A DNA stretch of 64,000 nt. Origin: Octopus sinensis. Taxonomy: Eukaryota. Under the pieces are notes generated by a model. That model saw only the letters and a program-made list of their open reading frames with translations, made no database searches and had not been told where the DNA came from. Of this stretch, positions 14,911 to 26,442 are shown piece after piece. Position 1 is the first letter of the stretch. The number at the start of each line of letters is the position of its first letter. The stretch is from assembly GCF_006345805.1 (NCBI RefSeq), contig NC_043001.1:113832001-113896000 (forward strand), written 5' to 3'. Position numbers and translations under genes: made by a program.

Positions 14911-15078
14911 ATAATAATAATAATAATAAAAATAATAATAGTAATAATAATAATAATTATTATTATTATTATTATTATTATCATTTTTATTATTATTATT
15001 ATTATAACACAAAAAGCAAACACAAAAAACAAACATGATTTTCGTATGTTTTTTTTTTAGATATTCGCTAGTACTACA

Positions 15079-15205
15079 CTAAATACAAAACCAAATATAT
15101 GGCGCACTAAGCATAACAACAACATGAACTTCCAACCTGTTGTCTCTTGAGGTCTCTGGGTGAGACTTGGAGCCAACTTCTACAAATATAAAGCAAAAGT
15201 CAAAC

Positions 15206-15253
<48 letters not shown>

Positions 15254-15260
15254 CAACAAC
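15079..15260 (+). mobile_element. Probable LINE 3'-end fragment with (AAT)n tail (R4/Dong-like, tentative)
   Basis: TTGAGGTCTCTGGGTGAGACTTGGAGCCAACTT...AAAGTCAAACAT runs directly into a long (AAT)n/(AAC)n tract. The clade call rests only on the tail type and recall. Confidence 0.35.
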
Positions 15261-15361
15261 AACAACAATATGACAACAAAAGAATAGATGATACCTCTAT
15301 ATTATGTAAAATAGAGGAATTTATCTATAAATATACTATGTGACAATTAGTTGGTTGTCAA

Positions 15362-15424
15362 AATATAACTCAAGGTTTCGGATGCCGGAACCGAAGTCTG
15401 CTCCGGCATCTCATCAGTCATAAA
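15362..15424 (-). ncRNA. Hammerhead-ribozyme-like motif (type I topology, cleavage site degenerate)
   Basis: Minus strand TATGA-CTGATGA-GATGCCGGAGC[AGACTTCG]GTTCCGGCATC-C-GAAA-C[CTT]G-AG-TTATA. The core boxes are intact, helix II is 11 bp, and a 5-bp helix I (TATGA/TTATA) is possible. There is an extra C before GAAA and no canonical NUH in that register. Confidence 0.55.
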
Positions 15425-15952
15425 ACAAACAAAAACGCTATGAAAAATCTGTTAAATAAGGGGAAATTACTCTAACAGGCGTGGGAAAAGTAAAACGTTG
15501 TCCATAGAATCCCCATACGCACAAATATACACGCACACATACGCATACGCACACACACACACAATATGTATATATATATACATACTCACACACGCGTGTA
15601 CATATACATACAAACACACATATATACATATATATGTCTACGCATACACGCACATATACAAGAATATATACCCATGCACGCATCACTATGCTCATATACA
15701 CATATCTACACACGCACACACATATATACGCGAATATATTAAACGTTGTTCATATGCATAGGCATATATATATACGCGGATAGACGTATATACAAATAAA
15801 AACACATACGCAAAAACGCACGCATCATTATATTCATATACACATCTCTATACGCACATGCACATACATACGCGGATAGACGCATATACAAATAAAAACG
15901 CATACGCAAAACCATAAGCCGTAAAACATTCCCATTTGCCGGAAAACTTGAA

Positions 15953-16366
15953 TAGGCGCAGGAGTGGCTGTGTGGTAAGTAGCTTGCTAACCAACCACAG
16001 GGTTCCGCGTTCAGTCCCACTGCGTGGCATCTTGGGCAAATGTCTTCTGCTATAGCCCCGGGCCGACTAATGCCTTGTGAGTGGATTTGGTAGACGGAAA
16101 CTGAAAGAAGCCTGTCGTATATATGTATATATATATATATGTGTGTATGTATGTGTGTGTGTTTGTGTTCGTCCCCATAGCATTGCTTGACAACCGATGC
16201 TGGTGTGTTTACGTCCCCGTCACTTAGCGGTTCGGCAAAAAGAGACCGATAGAATAAGTACTGGGCTTACAAAAGAATAAGTCCCGGGGTCGATTTGCTC
16301 GACTAAAGGCGGTGCTCCAGCATGGCCGCAGTCAAATGACTGAAACAAGTAAAAGAGTAAAGAGTA
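15953..16366 (+). mobile_element. tRNA-derived SINE (family A), full length, nested in the PLE
   Basis: TAGGCGCAGGAGTGGCTGTGTGG...GTTCAGTCCC...CTTGGGCAAATG...CAAGTAAAAGAGTAAAGAGTA. Confidence 0.92.
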
Positions 16367-16749
16367 ATACAAATGAGTTATATATGTATATACACAAATA
16401 CACCCTCCTGTCTGTCAAACACATCTACTACTGCAGATATATAAACGTATATACATACATGTATGTATGAAGGAAGGAGACAAGTACAACAGGTAGAGTC
16501 TTGAACTCGTATATATATGCAATACATCGTAAACATGTATATATCCACGCTTATACATATTAGATATATACTACATGACTATATGTTACACTATTATAAA
16601 GGACGAAAAATAATATACAGAAAAATATATAAAGCAATAAAAAATATATAAGAAATATATATGTTAAGACATATGAAAGTCTTGTACATAGACATAATAT
16701 AAAAAGTAGGTTCTATATGTGATCTCGATGGGGTGGGAGGGGTCCCAAA

Positions 16750-17280
16750 ACGTAGCAAATGTTTTGCTATATAAAGATATGATCTAAAATGTTCAGTTCT
16801 TGAATGCAGACATATAGCAGGGTCTAAGGAAAATTTCCAGATGAGCCATCTTTCCATATCTTTCCATATCGCAAAGACCGCACTCTCCACTGCCGTTGGA
16901 GTAAATCTTACAGTTGGCCAAGATCTTCCAATGAATATTATAGCTGACAACGTTCTTTTAAAGACCATATATAACTGGATAATTTGGTTCTTTTCCTTTT
17001 ATCCCAGTGTCCGAAGCTTAAGGTGTGATTGTTGTAGCTGGCTTCAAATTTTCTTCTGTGTGATCCATATATTTCTTTGACGAAGCTATGTCCTTAGTGG
17101 TTGTGGAGTCTACGGTGTCTTCATGCATGATGGCCTCGGTCATGTAATCTCCATTTAGCAGGCACAAATTTTTAACTCTGCAGGAACAGCCAGCTTCATT
17201 TTGTTGTGTGCAATTATATTTTTGATGTTAATAGTAGTACTAAAACTAATTTTTAAGTTGTGCCTATTAAAGAGCTCTTT
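16750..17280 (-). pseudogene. PLE GIY-YIG endonuclease domain, frameshifted
   Basis: My translation across the frameshifts is ELFNRHNLKISFS..NIKNIIAHNK / GCSCRVKNLCLLNGDYMTEAIMH..V..KKYMDHTEENLK / YNNHTLSF..TKLSSYIWSLKE / YNIHWKILANCKIYSNGSGECGLCDME / RWLIWKFSLDPAICLHSRTEHFRSYLYIAKHLL. This matches the CxC..C, FKxRYxNH, LSxYIWxLK, CxLCxxEK and LNxRxE motif series of Cys-rich PLE endonucleases. A 10-bp duplication (TTTCCATATC x2, 16851-16870) causes one frameshift. Confidence 0.85.
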
Positions 17281-17680
17281 CTATATACGTCTATCCGCGT
17301 AAGTATATGCATGTGTGTATAAACTACGTTTTTGTGTATCCGCGTATGTATGTGTACAGCTGTGTATATGAACGTAGTGATGTGTGCATGAGTATATATG
17401 CGTGTGTATTTACGTGTATGCGTAGACATATATATGTGTATATATGTGTTTGTATTTATATGTACACGCGTGTGTAAGGATGTATGTAGATATATACATA
17501 TATGTGTGTATGTGCGTACGTGTATGTGCGTACGTGTATGTGTGTATGTATATGTGTGCATATGCGGATTCTATGAACGAAGTTTTACTTTCCCCATGCC
17601 TATTAATGTAATTTCCCTTTATTCAACGTTTTTTTTCATAGCGTTTTTGTTTGTCTTTATGACTGATGAGATGCCGGAGC

Positions 17681-17775
17681 CGCTTTGTCGTCTTTTAATT
17701 TGTCCCCACTCAATTCGTCCCCAGGTCAATTCGTCGTCAGTCAATTCGTCGTCAGTCAATTCGTCGTGATCATAA
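17681..17775. mobile_element. Fragment of a DNA-transposon terminus (MULE-like subterminal repeats)
   Basis: Tandem ~15-bp units (GTCAATTCGTCGTCA) ending in TCGTGATCA. They resemble the TTCGTC sub-repeats of the MULE TIRs at 21753 and 24119. Confidence 0.4.
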
Positions 17776-18131
17776 TAAAAATGGAAGAACGAATATCTGA
17801 ATTAAAAAAATGTTTATCTTAATGTTTGCTACATTGCATATTTACTTTTTCTTAAAAATTAAGATTGTGTGAAATGGCTTTTAGAAAAATTATTTTTTGG
17901 CTTTGATTATATTTTTTCATACGAGTTGATATAGGCAGGTTCATATCTCTGGGTGGGTGCGGTGGGGGAACTTGGTTCTTCTCCTTGCATAAACTTCTGC
18001 AATTTGCTACTGGGAAACCTTTCTCCGCATTTAATTATATCAATAAGTTTCCAGATATATTGATGACTAATATTCACTGTTTTTCAAAGCGCCTTCACAC
18101 ACACACACACACACACACCACACACACATAT

Positions 18132-18182
<51 letters not shown>

Positions 18183-18188
18183 TATATA

Positions 18189-18513
18189 TGAAGGCGCATG
18201 GCTCAGTGACTAGAGTTTACGAACGTGGGGCTGTGAGTTCGAATCCCAGAACGGGCTGCGTGTTGTGTTCTTGAGCAAGACACTTTATTTCACATTGCTC
18301 CAGTTCACTGAGCTGTAGAAATGAGTTGCGACGTCACAGGTGCCAAGCTGTATCGGCCCTTGCCTTTCCCTTGGATAACACTGGTGGCGTGGTGAGGAGA
18401 AGCCAGTAAGCATGGGCGACTGCTGGTCTTCCATAAAGAACCTTGCCCGAACTTGGAGGGTAACTTTTTCTAGGTGCAATCCCATGGTCAGTCATGACCG
18501 AAGGCAGTCTCAG
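18189..18513 (+). mobile_element. tRNA-derived SINE (family F)
   Basis: GGCGCATGGCTCAGTG (A box), GAGTTCGAATCCC (B box) and CTTGAGCAAGACACTT core-like motif. It sits between (TA)n tracts. Confidence 0.8.
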
Positions 18514-18514
18514 A

Positions 18515-18549
<35 letters not shown>

Positions 18550-19183
18550 ATATAATAATAATAGTGATTGTTTCTTATTAGGAACAATAGGGTTAATAGA
18601 ACTGCAATAGAAGTGCACAAGTAAATGAGACGTGTATGGCAAACTTTGGTTGTAGAAGAAACAACAAATTTAAGGTTATTTAAATTTTTTTTTTATATTG
18701 CGATAAACCGTACTCACTTTTTTCATATGCTTGTCTAAATGAAATATTGTTTCATCGTCTGTGATTTTGTGCATCCGTATTCTATGTATAAGAAAAAGCA
18801 TTTTGTTTATTTATGTGTGATTAAATGTTCGAGATGTGATATGTTAGGTGGATGACCTTAAATTTGTTGTTTGTTCTACAACCAAAGTTTGTTATATATA
18901 TATATATATATATATGTGTAGAGTAGATGAAACCATGGCGACTGAAGAAGGGTTTTTTTCTTTGTGTTAATTGTCCTGTACTCTATTTTTTTGTTGTTTA
19001 AAAACATGTCCAGTTTCTTGGGTTTGTGTCTATGTTTTCGTTTTTCATTGTGTTCGACGTTTTTTTTGGTGTCCTGTACTCATATATGCGTGTATATATA
19101 CATGTAGAGGTAGGTACGTACATATATGTTTATATATATGCATATGTTTTATTTATTAATATATATATATATATATATATTTA

Positions 19184-19378
19184 GATCGTTAGCCATTACA
19201 CACCTTTTTTTTCTCCTTGTTTCTCTCCTTGTTTTTTCTGTGTCCCTTTCTGTAGAAGAGCGTAGGCTCGAAACGTAAAATACTTTTTCTATTCCTGAGC
19301 GTTATACTAATACATCTGTTTGTTTTGTACACCACCTGTCTTCTTTTGTTGTTGTTTTTTTTCGTAAACTCTCCCTAT
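19184..19378 (+). mobile_element. Short element carrying a degenerate minimal-hammerhead-like motif (possible PLE terminal repeat)
   Basis: Contains TTT-CTGTAGA-A-GAGC[GTAG]GCTC-GAAA-CGT-A-AAA (19247-19280). It ends ...CTCTCCC(TA)n and has a (TA)n tract upstream. Confidence 0.45.
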
Positions 19379-19391
19379 ATATATATATCCA

Positions 19392-19705
19392 CAGGAGTGG
19401 CTGCTTGGTATGAAGCTTTTACTTCCCAATCATATGGTTCCGGGTTCAGTTCCATTCAATGTGTAGATGTATGTATATGTATGTATGCATGTATGTATTT
19501 ATATGTTTGTGTTTGTCCCTCCAACTTGACAACAGCTTGACAACAGATGTTGGTGTGTTTACGTACTCGCAACTTAGTGGTTCGACAAACGTGACCGACA
19601 GAATAAGTAGTAATCTTACAAATAATAAATCCTGGGGTCGATTGGTACGACTAAAAACCGTGCTTCAGCATGGCTGCAGTCAAATGACTGAAACAAGTAA
19701 AAGAA
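19392..19705 (+). mobile_element. SINE family A, internally deleted and diverged
   Basis: The head CAGGAGTGGCTG...GGTTCCGGGTTCAGTTCC is joined to the 3' half and the GACTGAAACAAGTAAAAG tail. Confidence 0.8.
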
Positions 19706-19750
19706 TATATATATATATATATACACACACACATATACACATACACATGC

Positions 19751-19783
<33 letters not shown>

Positions 19784-19786
19784 CAG

Positions 19787-19846
<60 letters not shown>

Positions 19847-20875
19847 TATGGTTTTGTTTCCTATTTGAAGTTAACTACACCCTGCATTAAATATATTAGC
19901 AGGTACATACCTATTACTGAATATGCGGATGGTGTCAGTGAATAACTTATTTATTTAGATAAATTCATATTTTTCTCTACACCCATTCATTGACATTGTA
20001 CCTGTTGTTACTGTTAAGTTCCAGGTTAGCCATCGTCCACCAAAAGTAGACCCACGAGGAAAGGTGTCCCAACTGTTACTATATCGTATATTTTTGTATT
20101 TAAATTTACAATGTCCAAACTCTGCTGACGTTTTACAATGATAGGTTCTTTTTCAAGAGAATTTAGTTCCGATGATTAGAACTCTTATCAGTAGCCTCGT
20201 TCCATTTTTAATTATCTTCCTGTCTTGTTTTTAATAATCGAGATTCCCAAATGTAGCTCCAGTGGCCATATATATACTTCAGTCTTTACTCTGCGACGGA
20301 GATTGTCCAAGTGATAAAAGAGTTGGTGTTACAAATATATTTATTCGTTCAGTAGCATTTGTTTGTAGGGTGGGTGGACGTGTATATATAATATTCAAAG
20401 CTACTTATGTAGAAATTGAACCAAGATATGTTAGAGCCCAAAAATCAAACCTCTAACACATTTAACCAGGCTTCGTTCTCTTTCATTCGCAGCCTAATTT
20501 TTAATTGGTATTAAAATAAATACTTTACGAGACTGATCAATTCTATTCGATGAAAAAGTAAAAAAAAAATAATCAGAAATAAATAAATTAAAAGTCTAAT
20601 CAACATCATTTAGTGTTTTAATGGAAAATTGGCAGTTATAAATTGTTATTTGTTGTAAAAAATAGGTTTCCGACGTGATCTGGCAACACAAATTTCATTT
20701 CCGTTATGTTGCTTGGACACAAATTTAAACAACTACCTAACATTTCGTTCAGCTTGGGTATTTTGTCACATGCACGAACTTGCAATACACAGGAGTACAA
20801 GTGCAAATTTGAACACAACCACCCACGAATGTACACGCACTCATACACTCACAACTGTATACATACATAAATACA

Positions 20876-20911
<36 letters not shown>

Positions 20912-22149
20912 TATATGTATGTATTTTTATATGTGGGTGCATATGTATATACATATATACACATGCACACATATGCATATATACCAAAGGACACGTATAC
21001 AAACAAACGACGATACACCAATAAATATAATTATATACACATTGATAAGCGTATAAGGAATCTGCGTACATAAAAATAAAATGAACACAAGCATACACAC
21101 ACACACATAGACACGAGTGTGTGCACACACAGACACAGACAGACAGACAAACACACACACACACACAAACAGGGCATCCTTCAGCACGGTGGTAAATGAC
21201 ATATACAGCAATCGGCACGAACAAGTGTTGACACACATATTTCATTGATGCATACACATATATAGATAATAGAAAACACATGAGCATATACAACAGTATA
21301 TACAAGTAATATGCACTCACTCATGCATATGCGCATACACGAAGACGCGTACAAGCAAGCTTAAAATCTCGTTTTGCGCATGTGTGCACAAACCGATCCT
21401 TATTCAAGTAAAATTTCGTGAAACTGGGATATCAAAGAAGACATTGTGTGTGCAATAAATATAAAACATGTCAAAGTTTACCAAATAAATTATGACATAA
21501 CAATTTCTATGGCCAGATGTGGGGATGTTGACACATTTAGCTTTTGTTAACGTTCAGAATTGGCATTTGAAATAGGAATTCAATTGTATAATAAATATTT
21601 TCTCAGATTATCAGCATAAATTTATTTGAGTTATTGCAAGTTGAGCACGTGTATCGTGCGAGAGTCACGGCCTGACAAATGGCTTGTAAGTGAAATTTAT
21701 TTGCTGAAACCTGTATGTGTGTCTGTCTGTTTGTTTTCATCTTTTATCTTTCGGTGCTATGTCTTTTCGTCTGATGTCACTTCGTCAAACACATTTTCTC
21801 CCACGTCTTTTGGTACGACGTCTTTTTGTCTGATTATTTTTGTCCCACGACTTTTTGTCCAATTTTAAATAAACTCTTTAGAAAACAAGGTGAAATATCT
21901 CTAATGATATATTCACCGAACTACAACGAGCCTCGTTAAAGGATTGTTATTATCGTCCTGTCCTTTTAACAGTTTCATTTTCTCTTTTTCCTTCTCTCTC
22001 CTAAGTATGGTGCTGTGTAAAGGGAGAGTTGCAAATTTAGTGTAGATATTTCTACTTTATCCATCCCGAAATCACAAAGTTCATAGTATCGACCAAGAAC
22101 GAAAGAAAAGTAGTTGAAAGTAATTACATGTAAGATTTTCATTCAAGCA

Positions 22150-23700
22150 CTACAAAATTATGAAAAGAATACTAGAAGTGGGAGAAAATAAGCTGTGTTC
22201 AATGCGAATTCACATCACACGGTAACGGAAACCAATGAGTCGAAAATTATTTATTTTTCTAGTGAGCACCTTCATCGAGCTGACGTTGATTTGTTACATG
22301 CTAGAAAAGCAGTTGCAGAAATAAAGAATGAAGCGGTGGAAAACAGCAGCAAGTTCACGTAGCATAATAGCGACTAAGTTCACGCAGCTTACAGAAAATA
22401 TTTGCTCTCATCTTCCTCATTTGCCTGTACTTTCAAGGACTATTCAAAAGGTGCCGACAAAAAATTGTTGATTTCCCGTTAATCCAGGGGCTTGAACTGG
22501 TTTTGAAATACCCGAAGAATATTGTAAATTTGATAATGTCTAACAGTTTCTGAGATACGATTCGGGTATTTGCATCAAATAGGGTTCTTCATGATATAGC
22601 ATCATATCGTCATTCAGCATGTGATGGAACGTTCAAATTTGTGCCACAACACTGGTTTCAACTGTTTAGCATTCATGTGGAAGCACCTCGTCGGTTACGA
22701 CGACGAGGGTTCCGGTTGATCCGAATCAACGGAACAGCCTGCTCGTGAAATTAACGTGTAAGTGGCTGAGCACTCCACATACACGTGTACCCTTAACGTA
22801 GTTCTCGGGGATATTCAGCGTGACACAGAGAGTAACAAGGCCGGCCCTTTGAAATACAGGTACAACAGAAACAGGAAGTAAGAGAAAGTTGTGGTGAAAA
22901 AGTACAGCAGGGATCACCACCATCCCCTGCCGGAGCCTCGTGGAGCTTTAGGTGTTTTCGCTCAATAAACACTCACAACGCCCGGTCTAGGAATCGAAAC
23001 CGCGATCCTATGAGCGAGTCCGCTGCCCTAACCACTGGGCCATTGCGCCTCCACAGCATTCATGTACAAGTTAAAGGTAACAGTTTTCCACGAGTCTTTG
23101 CATAACTGCCGAATAAAACAAAGCAGGCACACGAATTATTTTTCGAACAATTGAAAATCATACAACCTAATGCATATCCGCTTGATCTCACAGCATACAT
23201 CGAAGTTGCAGTTTATAGGGTATTTAATTCAACATTCCTTAATTCATCTATCGTGGCATATTTGTTTCATTTTAGTCAATCAGTATTTTGAGAAATTACA
23301 GATTTAGGCCTCAAAGAAAAATACAATAAATACTCTGAATTCTCTCTTAAAATTCGATATTTTTCAGCATTAGCCTTCCTACCTGTTGAAGATGTCGAAG
23401 AGGCCTATGGAAGAATTAATAGACGCTGAAGAAATATCTGCTGGATTTATCACTTACTTGGACTTGACGTACATAGGCGTTGTGAGAGGACGTAGTGCTA
23501 GACGAAGGAAAGAACCACCTACATAACCGATAGATATATGGAATGTTAATCAGCGTACTCTTCAAGACCTTCCCAGAACGAATGATGCTGCTTAGGGGTT
23601 ATATACTGCGATAAAGCATTTGGTGGGCGGAGCACATTTGAATATTTGGAATTTAATCAAAACTCTGAAGGAAGAGGAAGCGTTCGTTCAAGGTAAAAAT
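22150..23700 (+). pseudogene. MULE transposase remnant (FLYWCH-like N-terminus plus DDE domain)
   Basis: My translation gives RIHITVTE..EHLHRAD, ACDGTFKFVPQHWFQLFSIH, YLFHFSQSVF*..LGLKEKY..FSALAFLPVEDV, TYIG..IWNVNQRTLQDLPRTND and HLNIWNLIKTLKEE. Stops and frameshifts are present, and a SINE interrupts it. Confidence 0.85.
22679..23053 (-). mobile_element. SINE family B inserted in the MULE transposase
   Basis: Near-identical to 8277-8659. 11-bp TSD AGCATTCATGT at 22668-22678 and 23055-23065. Confidence 0.92.
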
Positions 23701-24136
23701 GATTCAAATTCTTCGAGGAGACGCGTCAAATTCATGTACACGATATCGAAGAATTACTGAACACCTCAAAAGTTTGATTATTGAATATGGGTCAACAAGA
23801 AAAATTGATTTTTGAAGAGTGTGGCATATAACTTCCATCGATTTTAAGTGACAATAATAAATCATTAGTTGTATCCTATTACTCCTCCTAAATGACATTT
23901 TAAATACATTTTTCCGCAGTATTTTAAAACTTGGATCCTATCAATAACATTTACAATGATTATTTGATTTTGATGTTCACCTTGATTTCTAAAGAGTTTA
24001 TTTAAAATTGGACAAAAAGTCGTTGGCCAAAATAATTATCGGAAAAAAAGACGTCGGACCAAACGACGTGGACGAAATGACGTTGGACAAAGTGACATGG
24101 GACGAAATTTCGGGTCACGTTATCTTTCATCGTTTA

Positions 24137-24563
24137 TCTTTTACATGTTTTAGTCACTGGAATGCGGTCATGCTGGAATACCACCTCGGAGAATTTTTGT
24201 GGAAAGAATCGACCGCAATACTATTTTTTAAGCTTGGTACTTACTATATTGGTTCCTTTCAATGAACTGCTAAGTTACGCGAACGTACATGCCCCAACAC
24301 TGTTGTCAAGCGTTGGCGGGAGATAAACACAGAGACAGATATGCATGCACACGCATGCACACACATACACACACACACAGATGCACACATCTATATACGA
24401 CGGGATTCTTTCAGTTTCCAACTCCTCTGACGTAACCACTCACAAGGCTTTGGACGGCCCCAGGCTATAGTAGAGAACACTTGCCAGAAGAGCCACGCAG
24501 GAGCTGAACCCGCAATCGTGTGGTTGGGAAGCAAATTTCTTAACTACACAGCCATGCCTGTAC
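24137..24563 (-). mobile_element. Diverged SINE family A
   Basis: Reverse-complement landmarks GCGGTCATGCTGGA, TGTCAAGCG, CACTCACAAGGCTTTGG and CTACACAGCCA. Confidence 0.75.
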
Positions 24564-24924
24564 CTGTGTTGGGAAAAAACAATCGATATCTTCTTTTATC
24601 ATTCGTACTATAACAATTCGACAAATAGCGTAGACAGGGAGTGGTTCTGTCTCATCGTTACTTCAAGAAATAGATTTCGATAAGATAGCAGCTGATACGC
24701 TCACTTCGCTACTCCACGTTAGCAAGTACGATGATGCCTGTGTTTCAATGATGATATTGGATTAATACCGAAACATGGCAGTTCTCATTTCCCTTACACG
24801 TAGGATAATTGAAAATGTATTTGTTACTGGATAATAATGTTTTTGGTCACAACATATTTTCTGTCGGATTTTATGCAAGATTTTTTATCAGGATATTTCT
24901 TTTACTACTTATATGTGTTAAATA

Positions 24925-25160
<236 letters not shown>

Positions 25161-25934
25161 TTACCTATTTGTCTATCTGCCTGCCTGTCTACTTATCTAT
25201 ATGTCAGTCTGTCTCTCTGACTATTTGTCTGTCTCTCCCCTCTCTTTATGTCTGTCTGTCCCCCCTCGCTCTCTCTCTCTCTCTAAACCCCTCTCTCTAA
25301 ACCTCTATCATCTATTTATCTATCTATATATAGTTAGGTAATGGAAAGAAAAGCAAATGTGGCTGTGTTTGTACATGTTATTAAGTGTTTATGCGTGTGA
25401 CTCTTTGTGCATGTGTGAATGTTGTATGTACGGATATGTATCTACAGCATATTTATTTCTAGTTAGCTTTTTAATGCTGCATGTATGTCAACAGCTACGT
25501 AAATATTGATATTAGCAAAACCAAGTATAACAATCGTATGATCGTATGATGTGGTAGAAACAAGATGACACTATCAACATTTGTATTCCATTTTATGTTC
25601 ATGCTAGACAATAAATTCAGTAATAAAAGGTATTGTAATCTCTTTCATCTTTATTATACACTGCATATATTTTACAGGTAACTGGATTCAATGTACAGCC
25701 GCCTGACACCTGTAGAAATAGCAGCTAAGTCTCTCCTAGATAACACACTATTGCAGCATAGCGGGCCGTTTAAATCATTTAAATAAAGTTGCTATTTGAA
25801 GTTTTACATGTATTTTAGCTTTAGGAAATACTTATAGATATAATTCTTATAACGTGATATTTGCAATTCGGTTTTCGTGCTTTGCGTAATGATCGAAAGA
25901 GTGTGCCTTGATCTCTGGATAATGTTATTTTAAA

Positions 25935-26270
25935 GGGTGCGTAGCTTGGAGATTAGGGAGTCTTTCCTACGGGAGCCTCTACGTCTCGCATTAAGAAGTT
26001 ACATTTCCAGAACTATGAACACGTGGTTGGAGTGTCGCAGAAAAGAAAGACGAGACCTAAAGTTACAGCAAGAACGCGATGGTTGAAGACAGTTGAATAG
26101 TATCCTTAGACTCATTTGGTAACGATTGAGAAGCCAACCAGAAGGCGTAATGGTGGTTGCATCTGATAGGATCCTATGAAGGAGGTGCCCAAGGACTCCG
26201 CTCTAGATCTTTCCAAAAATAGTAGTCAGAGAAGAGGGATGGACGGACAATATTTTCAAGGACATTTTTT
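25935..26270. mobile_element. Decayed interspersed repeat, unclassified
   Basis: Higher-GC block containing TTTGGTAACGATTGAGAAGCCAACC...GGAGGTGCCCAAGG. Recognised only as repeat-like. Confidence 0.3.
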
Positions 26271-26442
26271 ACGAAGTCCGTCGTGTGTCACTTAAATACA
26301 AGATTCGCTGAAAATTAGTTCACTATTATTGCTTTACTGTCTTTAACAAAAGAGTGACCATTCTATAAAAATAGGACGGTTGCGATTGGAATCCTTTGAT
26401 TATAGAGCCCACTCCTGTATTATCTATCTATCTATCTATCTA

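Larger units (their letters stand above)
15290..17680 (-). mobile_element. 5'-truncated Penelope-like element (PLE) with an inverted terminal duplication
   Basis: Minus-strand order is GIY-YIG coding remnant (17280-16750), long 3' region (with a SINE inserted at 15953-16366), then a hammerhead-like motif (15424-15362). Positions 17282-17680 are an inverted copy of 15400-15792. The left boundary is approximate. Confidence 0.8.
21753..24119 (+). mobile_element. Mutator-like (MULE) DNA transposon, complete ends, decayed
   Basis: Imperfect ~145-bp TIRs (21753-~21900 and ~23972-24119, sharing CGACTTTTTGTCCAATTTTAAATAAACTCTTTAGAAA). Perfect 9-bp TSD TTATCTTTC at 21744-21752 and 24120-24128. Confidence 0.9.

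Noticed and set aside
15400-16750. SECIS element or UGA-selenocysteine recoding in the PLE
   Set aside because: The conserved Cys positions I could read are not UGA codons, and I found no SECIS-like AUGA/AA/GA stem in the 3' region.
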